64,000 nt of DNA from an uncultured Gammaproteobacteria bacterium (GCA_964651385.1 CAZYYM010000005.1:13836-77835); one strand, 5' to 3'. Positions 31,500-43,355 are shown, numbered from the stretch's first letter. Notes: generated by a model not told the origin, from the sequence alone. Translations and numbers: made by a program.

Positions 31500-32936
31500 T
31501 TATCTTAATTTGTCTCGCAACAATTGATTGACTTGGGCGGGATTTGCCTTCCCCTTTGACAGTTTCATAATCTGGCCGACAAAAAAGCCGAGTACTTTCT
31601 CTTTGCCAGCGCGAAACTGTTCGACCTGATCAGGGTTGGCGGCGATGACTTCGTCAATAATCGATTCGATTGCACCGCTGTCAGTAATCTGCTTCAAACC
31701 GCGCGCATCGATAATATCGTCTGCGCTACCTTCGCCCAGCCACATGGCTTCAAAAACTACTTTGGCAATCTTGCCTGAAATTGTATTATCGACGATACGC
31801 ACAATCATACCGATTAACATAACGGGGGAAACGGGCGACGCCTGAATACCGATATCGTCCCGGTTCAAAGCACCGTTTAAATCACTGAGTATCCAGTTAG
31901 CGATGAGTTTGGCCTGATCGGGTAACAACGCCAGCGCCTGCTCAAAATAATCTGCAGTTTCACGACTGCCGGTGAGCACTTCGGCGTTATATTCCGACAG
32001 ATGCAAATTATCGATATAGCGTTGGCGTTTCTGTTCGGGTAATTCGGGTAAGGATGCCCGGATGCGTTCGATATCGTTTTCGGTGACCTCGACCGGGAGC
32101 AGATCCGGATCAGGGAAATAACGATAATCGTTGGCTTCTTCCTTACTTCGCATGGAGCGAGTTTCGTGTTTGTCGGCATCGTAGAGACGGGTTTCCTGAA
32201 CCACGCTACCGCCGTCTTCGATCAGGTCGATTTGTCGTTCGATTTCATAGTTTATTGCGCGTTCGAGAAAGCGGAAGGAATTAATATTTTTAAGCTCTGC
32301 TCGTGTACCAAGCTCCTGCTGTCCTTTCGGGCGAATGGAAACATTGGCATCGCAGCGGAAAGAGCCTTCCTGCATATTGCCGTCACAGATTTCCAGATAC
32401 TGTACTACCGCATGAACTTTTCGTGCATAGGCAACCGCTTCTTTGGCCGAGCGCATATCGGGCTCGGAGACGATCTCGAGTAGAGGCGTACCGGCTCGAT
32501 TTAAATCGACACCGGTCTGGTCTGGAAATTCTTCGTGTAGCGATTTACCGGCGTCTTCTTCGAGATGCGCACGGGTAACGCCGATGACCTTACTAACGCC
32601 TTCTTCCGGGCTAATACTAATTTGGCCGGTTCCCACAATGGGTAATTCGAATTGTGAAATCTGGTAGCCCTTGGGTAGATCGGGGTAAAAATAATTTTTA
32701 CGCGCGAATACCGACAGTCGCGTTATTTCGGCGTCGATGGCAACGCCGAACTTGACTGCCATGTTGACGGCTTCGGCATTGAGTACCGGCAATACCCCAG
32801 GTAAGCCGAGGTCGACTGCACAAGCCTGGGTATTGGGGTCAGAGCCGAATGCCGTTGAGGCGGCAGAAAATATTTTACTCTTTGTCGCCAGTTGCGCGTG
32901 AATTTCCAGGCCGATAACTGTTTCCCAACCGCTCAC
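31500..32936 (-). CDS. gatB: Asp/Glu-tRNA amidotransferase subunit B
   Basis: [45 protein letters not shown]. Confidence 0.98.
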   Translation of the reverse strand: MSGWETVIGLEIHAQLATKSKIFSAASTAFGSDPNTQACAVDLGLPGVLPVLNAEAVNMAVKFGVAIDAEITRLSVFARKNYFYPDLPKGYQISQFELPIVGTGQISISPEEGVSKVIGVTRAHLEEDAGKSLHEEFPDQTGVDLNRAGTPLLEIVSEPDMRSAKEAVAYARKVHAVVQYLEICDGNMQEGSFRCDANVSIRPKGQQELGTRAELKNINSFRFLERAINYEIERQIDLIEDGGSVVQETRLYDADKHETRSMRSKEEANDYRYFPDPDLLPVEVTENDIERIRASLPELPEQKRQRYIDNLHLSEYNAEVLTGSRETADYFEQALALLPDQAKLIANWILSDLNGALNRDDIGIQASPVSPVMLIGMIVRIVDNTISGKIAKVVFEAMWLGEGSADDIIDARGLKQITDSGAIESIIDEVIAANPDQVEQFRAGKEKVLGFFVGQIMKLSKGKANPAQVNQLLRDKLR

Positions 32937-34384
32937 AATTTCACCTCCGGCATTTGCAGGTGGAAGTCATTGGCCAATTGAAATTGATGTGCCGCATTGA
33001 GTAAGCGTGCCTCGTCAAAGTATTTACCGATAAGCTGTAAGCCTACGGGTAATCCCTGGCTAAAACCAGCGGGTATCGACATGCCCGGTAAACCCGCCAG
33101 GTTCAGCGAAATAGTATAAATATCCTGCAGATACATGCTCACCGGATCGTCTGTCTTATCGCCCAGTTTGAACGCCACTTCGGGGGTCGTCGGTCCGGCA
33201 ATGACATCGACCTGTTCGAACGCTTTTTCGAAATCCTGTTTAATTAAACGTCTTACCTGTTGCGCTTTTAGATAGTAAGCGTCGTAATAGCCGGCAGACA
33301 GTGCGTAAGTACCCAGCATGATGCGCCGTTTTACTTCATCTCCGAAACCCTCTCCCCGTGAACGTTTGTAAAGATCCTCGAGATCGACCGGATTGTCACA
33401 CCTGTACCCAAAACGTACTCCGTCAAAGCGCGACAAGTTGGATGAGCATTCGGCCAGGGCCACTACGTAATAGACCGGAATCGAGTGTTGCGTATTGGGC
33501 AGGCTGACTTCGATAATTTCAGCGCCCAGTTTTCGATATCCGTCAATGGCCGACTCGATTACGCGGGCAACGTCGGCATCGAGACCTTCGGCAAAATATT
33601 CTTTCGGCAAGCCGATTTTTAGCCCATTAATAGGTTTTCCGAGTCCCTCGCTGTAATCGGCTACCGGTCGATCGATTGAGGTCGAGTCGCGACAATCAAA
33701 TCCGGCCATGGTCTGTAATAATGTGGCACAATCTTCGGCTGTACGAGCGAATGCGCCACCCTGATCGAGACTGGAACCAAAAGCGATCATACCGTAACGC
33801 GACACACGGCCGTAGGTAGGCTTTATACCCGTCACGCCACAGAGTGCGGCAGGTTGCCGAATTGAACCACCGGTATCGGTGCCGGTAGCTGCTGGCGCAA
33901 GACCTGCGGCAACCGCGGCAGCTGACCCGCCCGAGGAACCACCGGGCACGCGTGTTTTATCCCAGGGATTAGTCACCGGACCGTAATAACTGTTTTCGTT
34001 GGATGAGCCCATGGCAAACTCATCCATATTGGTTTTACCCAACATGACGCAGCCAGTGGCATTGCATTTTTCGATTACCGTGGCGTTGTAGGGTGCGATG
34101 AAGTTATCGAGCATTTTTGAACCGCATGAAGTTTTAACTCCATCGGTACAGAAAATATCCTTGTGTGCGAGGGGTACGCCGGTTAACGTTGTTGCCTCCC
34201 CGTTAGCAATTAATACGTCGGCTTCCCGGGCCTGTCGTAAAGCCTGCTCACCGGTAACGCTGATGTAGCAGTTAAGTGCGGGATTCAGTTGTTTGATCGC
34301 GGTCAGATAATCCTGTGTTATTTCTGCACTGGAAAACTCGCCTTTACTGAGTCCTTGCTGGATCTGTTTAATGGTCAGACTCAT
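32933..34384 (-). CDS. gatA: Asp/Glu-tRNA amidotransferase subunit A
   Basis: [42 protein letters not shown]. Confidence 0.98.
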   Translation of the reverse strand: MSLTIKQIQQGLSKGEFSSAEITQDYLTAIKQLNPALNCYISVTGEQALRQAREADVLIANGEATTLTGVPLAHKDIFCTDGVKTSCGSKMLDNFIAPYNATVIEKCNATGCVMLGKTNMDEFAMGSSNENSYYGPVTNPWDKTRVPGGSSGGSAAAVAAGLAPAATGTDTGGSIRQPAALCGVTGIKPTYGRVSRYGMIAFGSSLDQGGAFARTAEDCATLLQTMAGFDCRDSTSIDRPVADYSEGLGKPINGLKIGLPKEYFAEGLDADVARVIESAIDGYRKLGAEIIEVSLPNTQHSIPVYYVVALAECSSNLSRFDGVRFGYRCDNPVDLEDLYKRSRGEGFGDEVKRRIMLGTYALSAGYYDAYYLKAQQVRRLIKQDFEKAFEQVDVIAGPTTPEVAFKLGDKTDDPVSMYLQDIYTISLNLAGLPGMSIPAGFSQGLPVGLQLIGKYFDEARLLNAAHQFQLANDFHLQMPEVKL

Positions 34385-34394
34385 GTTTCAGCGC

Positions 34395-34682
34395 TCACTC
34401 GATTACTTTGGGAACGCGGTACAGGCCATTTTCGACATCGGGTGCGATGCCCTGAAACTTGTCGCGCAGATTGTTTTCTGTAACGACATCTTCGCGTAAA
34501 CGCTGGTATGCATCCATCGGGTGCGCCATCGGGGTGATGCCCCTTGTGTCTAGAGCATTCATTCGCTCGACCAGTTCCAGTATACTGGATAGGTCATTTA
34601 CGGTTTGATCGATGGTCTCATCGTCGATTTGCAAGCGTGCAAGCTGCGCAATATTTCGCACATCTTCCTTTTTTAGGGTCAT
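34395..34682 (-). CDS. gatC: Asp/Glu-tRNA amidotransferase subunit C
   Basis: DVRNIAQLARL, PMAHP, LREDVV, YRVPKVIE. Start moved to ATG 34682. Confidence 0.96.
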   Translation of the reverse strand: MTLKKEDVRNIAQLARLQIDDETIDQTVNDLSSILELVERMNALDTRGITPMAHPMDAYQRLREDVVTENNLRDKFQGIAPDVENGLYRVPKVIE

Positions 34683-34894
34683 TTCGGGAGTTTTCCAAAA
34701 AATGGTGATTGAAAAGCAGGCAAACTTACCATAATTTACCGGGCAGTTTAAGCAAAAGGCCTTGAATTTGGTAGTTTCTTCCTTGCTCAAACGGTTACCC
34801 GTTGCTAGAGTACGCCCAACTGGGTGAAAATGGCGCACCAACAGGAAACTTCCTCAAATCACGTCGCTCATTACACATAAAAAATTCGGGTTAA

Positions 34895-35950
<1,056 letters not shown>

Positions 35951-36036
35951 TCGCTGGCCTCGATGCGCCTGTTCGGCAAACAGGTAATCACAGGATTGTT
36001 GGCAGATAGTTACCAGGCAGTGCCGGAAAAGGCTAG

Positions 36037-36861
36037 ATGAAAAAGGAGCAGAAACATGCCCGTATCGCCACAGTGCGTACTCTGTTACTGATCTGTTTCT
36101 GTATAGCTTTAATGATAGTCGATCATCGATTTAACCATCTCGAGGTAGTGCGATCGAATATTTCCGTGATGTTATTTCCTTTACGCTATCTGGTTAGCTT
36201 GCCGGCTCTAACCGGAAACTGGGCCAGCGAATGGTTTACTTCACACATCGAATTAGTCGCCGAAACCAACCAGTTACATTCTGAGCTACGGTTGCTGAAT
36301 GCGCGGTTGCAAAAAATGCAGGTATTACAGGAAGAGAATGGTCGATTACGCAATTTGTTAGGATCGTCGCGCAAACTAGCCGACCAGGTTATTGTTGCCG
36401 AACTGCTTTCTGTTAACCAGAATCCCTATCGTCAACTCATTGAAATTAACCGGGGAACGAACGATGGTGTCAATATTGGGCAGGCGGTGATCGACGATTT
36501 TGGCGTCATGGGACAGGTGATTCATACCAGCTCCGATTCAGCTACTATTATTCTAATCTCGGATCCTGACCATGCGACGCCGGTGCAATTTATTCGTAGT
36601 GGAGTGCGATCAGTCGCATTCGGTACTGGGAATACCAAACAACTCGAGATCCGTTATTTACCCGCAACCGCAGATATTAAAATTGGTGACGAGCTGGTGA
36701 CTTCAGGGCTGGGTGGTCGGTTTCCGGCTGATTATCCTGTGGCGACTGTGAGTGCTATTCGGGAAGATCTGACTCGTGGATTCATTTCTGTTCTGGCGGT
36801 TCCAAAAGCCCGGCTCAACAGCAGTCGGGAAGTGCTTGTTATCAAAGCCAGGCAACAATAA
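36037..36861 (+). CDS. mreC: Rod shape-determining protein MreC
   Basis: N-terminal TM segment, coiled coil ENGRLRNLL, VTSGLGGRFP. Confidence 0.94.
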   Translation: MKKEQKHARIATVRTLLLICFCIALMIVDHRFNHLEVVRSNISVMLFPLRYLVSLPALTGNWASEWFTSHIELVAETNQLHSELRLLNARLQKMQVLQEENGRLRNLLGSSRKLADQVIVAELLSVNQNPYRQLIEINRGTNDGVNIGQAVIDDFGVMGQVIHTSSDSATIILISDPDHATPVQFIRSGVRSVAFGTGNTKQLEIRYLPATADIKIGDELVTSGLGGRFPADYPVATVSAIREDLTRGFISVLAVPKARLNSSREVLVIKARQQ

Positions 36862-37340
36862 TGCTGAAACTGCGCTACCTAGTCATTTTTCTTAGCCTCA
36901 TAGTCGGCCTGGTATTGATGATCCTGCCGCTACCGGACTGGGCGCAATCTTATCGTCCAAACTGGGTGGCGCTGATCTTAATTTACTGGAATATGGCTTT
37001 ACCGAAACGCGTAGGATTATGGTTCGCGTTGATTACTGGTTTACTGGTGGATACCTTGCAAGGCACCTTGCTGGGTCAACACGCTCTGGCGTTGGTGATT
37101 ATTATGTATTTGAATTTAAATTTCTACCAGCGCATTCGCGTATTGTCACTGCCGCAGCAATCTTTTTATGTATTTAGTTTGCTGTTTATCTATCAAATTA
37201 TGGTTGCCTGGATTGAAGGTATCATGGGTCGACCGACATCGCCTGAGGCATTTTTCGGTGCCCCGGTGGTGGGTATGCTAATTTGGCCCTGGGCGTTTGT
37301 TGTGCTGCGAGATGTTCGACGCAAGGCGATGCTGGGTTAA
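36861..37340 (+). CDS. mreD: Rod shape-determining protein MreD
   Basis: Hydrophobic; RPNWVALILIYW, GTLLGQHALA, LIWPW. Confidence 0.93.
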   Translation: MLKLRYLVIFLSLIVGLVLMILPLPDWAQSYRPNWVALILIYWNMALPKRVGLWFALITGLLVDTLQGTLLGQHALALVIIMYLNLNFYQRIRVLSLPQQSFYVFSLLFIYQIMVAWIEGIMGRPTSPEAFFGAPVVGMLIWPWAFVVLRDVRRKAMLG

Positions 37341-37344
37341 TACG

Positions 37345-38505
37345 ATGGAATATCGATTAATCGTCACCAATGAGATGCTAGCTGAATTTTGTAACGGCAT
37401 TGTCGATGCACGTTATTGCGCTATCGATACCGAATTCGTACGCGAAAAGACCTATTACCCGTTGCTTTCGCTCATCCAGATAGCCACCGAACAAGATATG
37501 GCCTGCATCGACCCACTGGCAATAAGCGATTTTGCTCCACTTTCAGTCTTGCTGCAGAAATCCGGCCTGGTTAAAGTTTTTCATTCGCCGAGCCAGGACC
37601 TGGAAATCCTGTTTCAACAATTCGGTGCTGTACCGACACCGGTATTCGATACTCAACTGGCCGCTGCCGTTCTGGGTTTTAGCCATCAAATAAGCTATGC
37701 CGACCTGGTTTACGAAGTCACCGGCGTTCAATTGGAAAAGAAGCATACCCGCGCAAACTGGAGCCGACGACCGCTAACGAATAATGAACTCGATTATGCG
37801 ATAGACGATGTACGTTATTTATTGCCGGTTTATCGTCAATTAAATCAGGCGCTCGATGATTCCAGGAGGCGAAGTTGGATTGAACAAGATTTGATCAATA
37901 TGAGCGAAGCGTCGAATTATCAAATCGACATGAACAATTTATGGCAGAAACTGAAAGGTGTGCAAAAGCTTAAGGGAGTCGAATTACAAATTGCTAGCCA
38001 GTTCTGCAAATGGCGGGAACATATCGCTCAGCAGAAAAATCGCCCGAGGCGCTGGATTGTCGCTGACGACTTGATAATCGATATCGCGCGGAATAAACCG
38101 ACTGACCGCGACGCGCTGGTTACAATCCGGAGCACGTCGGAAAAGGTAATTGATAGAAATGGTCGCAAGTGGTTGGAAATTGTGAAACAGGCCCTTCAGG
38201 TTGATCGCTCCGAATGGCCGGTACCGAAAAAGATGAAGACACTGGATGTGCAACAACAAGCCCTCGGCGATTGCCTGATGGCGCTTTGCCGAATCATTGC
38301 TGACGAAAATAATATTGCGCTGGCGACATTGGCGACACGCAAGGATATAGATAGTCTGATATTAAATCGTAAAACCAGTCGACTTGCGCAGGGATGGCAT
38401 TTTGAAATGTTGGGCCAGCATTTGCTTGATTTTATTCATGCACAATCCCGACTGGGCGTGGAAGACGGTATCATTCGCAGGTTTCCCGCTACAGCAAATG
38501 AATAA
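37345..38505 (+). CDS. rnd: Ribonuclease D
   Basis: AIDTEFVREKTYYP.L.LIQ, FHSPSQDLE, NWSRRPL, YAIDDV, HRDC region. Start moved to ATG 37345. Confidence 0.94.
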   Translation: MEYRLIVTNEMLAEFCNGIVDARYCAIDTEFVREKTYYPLLSLIQIATEQDMACIDPLAISDFAPLSVLLQKSGLVKVFHSPSQDLEILFQQFGAVPTPVFDTQLAAAVLGFSHQISYADLVYEVTGVQLEKKHTRANWSRRPLTNNELDYAIDDVRYLLPVYRQLNQALDDSRRRSWIEQDLINMSEASNYQIDMNNLWQKLKGVQKLKGVELQIASQFCKWREHIAQQKNRPRRWIVADDLIIDIARNKPTDRDALVTIRSTSEKVIDRNGRKWLEIVKQALQVDRSEWPVPKKMKTLDVQQQALGDCLMALCRIIADENNIALATLATRKDIDSLILNRKTSRLAQGWHFEMLGQHLLDFIHAQSRLGVEDGIIRRFPATANE

Positions 38506-38513
38506 TCAGGCAA

Positions 38514-38933
38514 TTATTGCACCAGAAAACTGGAAAATAGGATTTCGGCAATATCATTGTTTCCAGTTAAATCGGCTATTAACTCTTGAACCTGGGAGGT
38601 GGCAATCTTTCGAATTTCTTCGCGTTTTGCCGGTGATTTCATATCATTGGCTTTTTGCTCGCTGAGAAGCACGATGAGTTTGTGGCGTATGGCCGGAACA
38701 TGGGTTTTGATCAGCGCTTCAGCGCCGGAATCTGCAATGAGCACATCCGCCTTGAGTTGCAGGAAGGTAAGACGATGATTATCGTTGCTTAAATTAAGTA
38801 CCATGGAATCACCAAGCGATACGTAGGCAGAGGTTTTGGCTGGAGCTTTTTCGTTTGGCGCATTTTCAGCCGCTCGGACGCCAGGAAAAGCGAGCACAAT
38901 TAAAAGTGCTAAGGGTAACAATACTTTTTGCAT
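38514..38933 (-). CDS. fliL: FliL family protein, standalone
   Basis: N-terminal hydrophobic segment, YVSLG..MVLNL, HVPAIRHKLIVLLS, ILFSSFLVQ C-terminus. Confidence 0.78.
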   Translation of the reverse strand: MQKVLLPLALLIVLAFPGVRAAENAPNEKAPAKTSAYVSLGDSMVLNLSNDNHRLTFLQLKADVLIADSGAEALIKTHVPAIRHKLIVLLSEQKANDMKSPAKREEIRKIATSQVQELIADLTGNNDIAEILFSSFLVQ

Positions 38934-39000
38934 GGCATTTTTCAGATGGGGATATAGTATTGTTTATAGATCATTATGTAGGAAATTTGGTAATAATTTA

Positions 39001-39234
39001 ATGATAACAACAGAAAATATTCAGCAGTTGATCAAGCAGGGCATGTCGACTGAATCGGTAGCAGTGAGTGGTGGCGAAGGCAAGTACATTGCTGAGGTGG
39101 TGAGTAACGATTTCACCGACTTAAGTCTGATTAAAAGACATAAACTGGTTTATGCCTGTGTTAACGAAGAAATTACATCGGGTGAATTACACGCCCTGAC
39201 CATTGTTGCCAAGACGCCCGCTGAAATGGGCTAA
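39001..39234 (+). CDS. BolA/IbaG family protein
   Basis: GKYIAEVVSNDF..LSLIKRHKLVY, LHALTI.AKTP. Start moved to ATG 39001. Confidence 0.9.
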   Translation: MITTENIQQLIKQGMSTESVAVSGGEGKYIAEVVSNDFTDLSLIKRHKLVYACVNEEITSGELHALTIVAKTPAEMG

Positions 39235-39318
39235 AACTATAAGCAGCTTCCGGGGTCATATGATACGCAGGGTATTTGATTCCCGCTAACCGGCCCATGA
39301 CCAGACTAAACGCCGCCA

Positions 39319-41058
39319 ATGATGGTTCGTGCGATGACTAAACTGACCTTACTAGAGCGACGTTTACGGATTGTCACTGGTTTGATATTGTCGGTTTATA
39401 TCGTTTTTCACCTTTTTAATCATACGCTTGGGTTGGTATCTCTGGACGCTATGGAAGCCATGCGCAAAGCGATCACGCCATTTTGGCGTAGCTGGTTTGG
39501 CGGTTTATTAATATACGGCTCATTGCTTACTCACCTGGCGTTGGCGCTCATGTCCTTATACCGTCGTAGCAGTTTGCGCATGCCGGCCTGGGAAATGGCG
39601 CAATTGATACTCGGGTTATCGATTGTCCCACTCCTCGCCGGGCATATTTCGGCCACCTGGGGCGCCAGGGTTTTATTGAATTTTAATCCGAATTACGATT
39701 TTGCACTCACTGCAATTTTAAGTAGTCCCTGGTTAAGCACCAAACAGTTATTACTGATAATCGTTGTCTGGTTACATGTCGTCGTCGGCCTGCATTTTTA
39801 CTTTCGGCTGTTTAGATTTTATCGTCGCAAGGCGATTCATTTATATCCATTCGTTGTGATATTGCCTGCACTGGTGATATTTTCAATTGTACGAGTAGGT
39901 CTCGATATAGGCGTTTGGAATTCGACACCGTCAAAAGTCGCCAAACATCCTCTGGGGGGCTATGTCGGTGCCGAACCGACTTACCTGGAGGGCACACCGC
40001 TTAATATTATCCTGCACCACGGTATCCTCGTTGTGTTTTTCAGCTTGTTATCGTTAGTACTGATTGCGCGGTTGCTAAGGGCAAAGCGCCAGCTGACCCA
40101 CGGCAATGTAGTTATCAAACATTTAAATGGTCGTGAATTCAAAGGCGTACCGGGACAGACGATTCTGGAGGTGCTGCGCCTGCATTCGATACCACATGCT
40201 TCGTTATGCGGTGGTCGGGGCCGTTGCACCACCTGCCGCGTACGGGTTGGCGCCGGGGCAAAGCTATTGCATAAGCCTTCAGCGCTGGAACAGTTTGCGC
40301 TCGACCGAATCGGTGCCGCGCCCAATGTTCGCCTGGCCTGCCAGACGCGTCCCGGACATCCGTTGCAAATCAGTCCGCTGGTGCCGGCCGATCTCGACAT
40401 CGAAAATAGCTTGAGAAAGGGGGGTGTCAGCGGCGATGAGCGAGAAGTCGTCGCTATGTTTGTCGATTTACGCGGTTCCTCCAGCATTAGTGAGGGGCAT
40501 TTACCTTATGATGTGCTATTTATTTTGAATCAGTTTTTTCTGGAGATGGCGGATGCGTTAAGCGACAGCTTCGGCCATTACGCACAATTCGAAGGCGATG
40601 GCTTATTGGCGCTCTACGGTTTAAAACGGGGCATGAAAACCGGATGTATCGACGCATTGAAAGGAGCGATTGATATGCAACGACGTATGAATCAACTCAA
40701 TGATAAACTCAGCGGTGAGCTGCAAGAACCCCTTAATTTCGGTATCGGCATTCACTGTGGCCAGGCGATTGTAGGCAGTATGGGGCCGCCCACAACACCA
40801 AACTATTCGGCGATTGGCGATTGCATTAATGCCGCTGCCAGACTGGAAAATATGTCAAAGGAACTGGAATGTGTGCTGGTCGTCTCGGATGATGTGATAA
40901 AGCACACGGGCTCCGATTTCAATGTTTTTGAAAGCCAGATTGTGCGTTTGCGAGGAAAGCAACAATCAGTCCTGGTCTATGCCATAGAGAATCCGCTGGA
41001 TATTAAACTGACAGTTGTCGAATCGCTTCAGGATGACCAGTTTTCACCTGCGGTATAA
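39319..41058 (+). CDS. Class III nucleotide cyclase with a His-rich membrane domain and a 2Fe-2S ferredoxin domain (CyaC-like)
   Basis: TM helices carrying His (FHLFNH, LTHL, AGHI, WLHV), CGGRGRCTTC...RLAC, FVDLRGS, GDG, NAAARLE. True start may be ATG 39334. Confidence 0.88.
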   Translation: MMVRAMTKLTLLERRLRIVTGLILSVYIVFHLFNHTLGLVSLDAMEAMRKAITPFWRSWFGGLLIYGSLLTHLALALMSLYRRSSLRMPAWEMAQLILGLSIVPLLAGHISATWGARVLLNFNPNYDFALTAILSSPWLSTKQLLLIIVVWLHVVVGLHFYFRLFRFYRRKAIHLYPFVVILPALVIFSIVRVGLDIGVWNSTPSKVAKHPLGGYVGAEPTYLEGTPLNIILHHGILVVFFSLLSLVLIARLLRAKRQLTHGNVVIKHLNGREFKGVPGQTILEVLRLHSIPHASLCGGRGRCTTCRVRVGAGAKLLHKPSALEQFALDRIGAAPNVRLACQTRPGHPLQISPLVPADLDIENSLRKGGVSGDEREVVAMFVDLRGSSSISEGHLPYDVLFILNQFFLEMADALSDSFGHYAQFEGDGLLALYGLKRGMKTGCIDALKGAIDMQRRMNQLNDKLSGELQEPLNFGIGIHCGQAIVGSMGPPTTPNYSAIGDCINAAARLENMSKELECVLVVSDDVIKHTGSDFNVFESQIVRLRGKQQSVLVYAIENPLDIKLTVVESLQDDQFSPAV

Positions 41059-41594
41059 CGTGTACCGCGATGGCTCCGTTTTGGTACTGGCTTCTTCAGA
41101 TGTACGTCCTCTGCGTTGACAATAATCAGAATCCTGGGTTTCCCCGAATTCGGATCGACTGCACCGGTGATAAACTTCGGAATTTTTAATCGGCCCTGCA
41201 TCAGATCATCGAAAATAGTGTAGACAAAGCCGCCGGTTTTAAGACGGGCAGATTCTTTGCCGGCCATCATTTTGTGATGCCGAATTTTATGTAACTAAAA
41301 TCTCACAATAACTGAATTTTTCAGTATTGAAGTTAAATTCGAAATTCCTGACCGGATAAATAGGGCAATATTGTGGCTTGGGGTAAATTAAAATCGTTAA
41401 CACTGCTGCGATTGGTTGTATTCCCACTTGTTTTAACCGAAACGGCGCACGCCGGCGGCGATCGGGAGCCTGGCATGGAATGGCCTGGCTGTAATAAAAT
41501 GTCCAGGATGCTAGACGAAGAGGATTTTAGCGGTAGTCAGTTCAATCCCGGTTTGAGGAATCTAAAGGCAAGCAATTTTAATTAATTATTCGCC

Positions 41595-41621
41595 TAAAGA
41601 AAATGATTGAGCTACCGAGAT
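41595..41621 (+). promoter_or_regulatory. Candidate sigma-28 (FliA) promoter for the MCP gene
   Basis: TAAA-N15-ACCGAGAT versus TAAA-N15-GCCGATAA, ~30 nt before ATG 41651. Confidence 0.35.
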
Positions 41622-41650
41622 ATACTTATATCTCAATTTTTGGCCAGCCT

Positions 41651-42880
41651 ATGAAGCATATACAACTCGGGCACAATTTTAGATGGGTTTATTTACTGCT
41701 GCTTTTAGCGTTAATAGTTCTTGATGTACTGGATATATTCCCTCCCTATTCAAATTACCTGCTTATTCTTTGCGGTATTCTATTGCTTGTTGAACAATTT
41801 TGGGACGACAGGAAACGCAATCGCATCAAAACGGAAAGTACACAAGTTAAAATGTCCGTCGATTTGCAAATGGACGAATACAAACGTCTGACCGAAGAAG
41901 TTCTTACGGGTAGCAATCGACAGTTTTCCAGGTTACGCGATGACTTGACACAGGCCCAGGGAATCGTCGACAGTGCGGCTTCCAAACTTGGCGGCAGTTT
42001 AACCGGTTTAGAAGCTCAAAGTCATGGACAGAAACAGATGCTTAAAGAACTCGTCGAGGAACTTTTAGATTTGGCGGAAAGTGAGGAGCACGAACTTCAA
42101 ACCATTAACCTGAATCGATTTGCAAACGAAACAAAGCAGGTCATTGATGATTTTGTCGAGACCGTTACCGGATTAAAAAACAGTGGCGAGGTGATTTCCA
42201 CGAAGTTCAGCAAAATGCGAAATCGAGTGGAAGAAGTAACCAAAATACTGGCTGACGTCGACGCGATTACAAGTCAAACAGACTTGTTGGCCCTGAATGC
42301 TGCTATTGAAGCCGCCCGGGCAGGTGAAGCGGGTAGAGGCTTTGCAGTCGTAGCCGACGAAGTAAGGGAGCTCGCAAAAAAAACCAGTAGCTTTAGTAAT
42401 ACCATCGTGTCCTTACTTAAGGATATTAACACTACGATCGAACAGCTGGATGGTGCCGTAGAAGACGCATCTTCTACTGATCTGGACAGGATCAGTGTCT
42501 CGAGCGCTGATGTCGACCTAATGTGGGATGAGATGCGAGGGGTAAACGACAAGGCTGCGGCCCAGTCAGTTCGGATAACGGAAATTTCCGAAACCATGCA
42601 TCGGTTGGTCATGGAAGGTGTTTTATCGTTGCAGTTCGAAGATATCGTTCGCCAACATATTGATAATATAGCGGATCGCTCCCGCTACCTTGAAGAATAT
42701 GTGACCCAGTTCCTTGCTGCCCATATTGAAACTGAATCGAGTGGCCTTAGCCGATTTGAAGATCGTAATAATCATCTTATTGAATTAATTGAAAATGCCG
42801 ATAACAATTTCAATCAGATTTCCTCAAAGGCAATAACGCAAACAGGCGTTGAAGACGGTGGCGGAGCAGAATTTTTTTAA
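41651..42880 (+). CDS. Methyl-accepting chemotaxis protein without an obvious ligand-binding domain
   Basis: Hairpin tip [31 protein letters not shown]; two adjacent N-terminal TM segments. Start moved to ATG 41651 (ORF track gives 41603). Confidence 0.88.
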   Translation: MKHIQLGHNFRWVYLLLLLALIVLDVLDIFPPYSNYLLILCGILLLVEQFWDDRKRNRIKTESTQVKMSVDLQMDEYKRLTEEVLTGSNRQFSRLRDDLTQAQGIVDSAASKLGGSLTGLEAQSHGQKQMLKELVEELLDLAESEEHELQTINLNRFANETKQVIDDFVETVTGLKNSGEVISTKFSKMRNRVEEVTKILADVDAITSQTDLLALNAAIEAARAGEAGRGFAVVADEVRELAKKTSSFSNTIVSLLKDINTTIEQLDGAVEDASSTDLDRISVSSADVDLMWDEMRGVNDKAAAQSVRITEISETMHRLVMEGVLSLQFEDIVRQHIDNIADRSRYLEEYVTQFLAAHIETESSGLSRFEDRNNHLIELIENADNNFNQISSKAITQTGVEDGGGAEFF

Positions 42881-42962
42881 ATTACACGGTAAACCAATAA
42901 AATAGCTTAGGTTGCCCCGCCAGTTTTCAACCCCAAAGCGATTACATTGGGGATTAGATAAC

Positions 42963-43355
42963 TTATAGCAGCGCGAACGACTCGGGTAATTTACAAAAAT
43001 AGGCAATTCGTTCACTTAACACACCAGTGTCGCCAACCTTAATTACTGCACTGCCCTGTAACGGAGTTCCTCTGGCTTGCCACCAGCACCAGACTGTGGC
43101 GGGTAAATCATCGTCCTTAATTATCATATCACTATAGTCCAGAAAGGGATTGGCATTTACTTCACCGCCCATACTAACAGCGACGGCTGTAAAATCATTG
43201 ACAAAATTAACAAACTCGGCACGTTTAATCCTGCCTGTATTCGGATCATCGTAATAAAAGCCTTCGGCGGTGGCGCTCAAACTGAGTTCGCCATCACCGA
43301 TTTTCCAGCCGTTCAAATAGGTTTGGATAGACTTGCTGATCGTTTCAGCTGTCAT
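42963..43355 (-). CDS. NTF2/SnoaL-like protein
   Basis: YLNGW..GDG......AEGFYYDDP and C-terminal SERIAY pattern. Start moved to ATG 43355, overlapping the cupin gene by 11 nt. Confidence 0.65.
   Translation of the reverse strand: MTAETISKSIQTYLNGWKIGDGELSLSATAEGFYYDDPNTGRIKRAEFVNFVNDFTAVAVSMGGEVNANPFLDYSDMIIKDDDLPATVWCWWQARGTPLQGSAVIKVGDTGVLSERIAYFCKLPESFALL

Noticed and set aside
34846-34872. Sigma-E-like AAACTT-N16-TCATT upstream of mreB
   Set aside because: Mismatches in both boxes and no independent support; kept only as a weak possibility.
36861-38505. mreD followed directly by rnd rather than maf/rng or mrdA/rodA
   Set aside because: Ordinary gene-order variation with no sign of disruption.
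41028-41270. 80-aa minus-strand ORF overlapping the end of the first cyclase
   Set aside because: No recognisable motif or clear RBS, and it overlaps a real gene; cannot be supported without a homology search.
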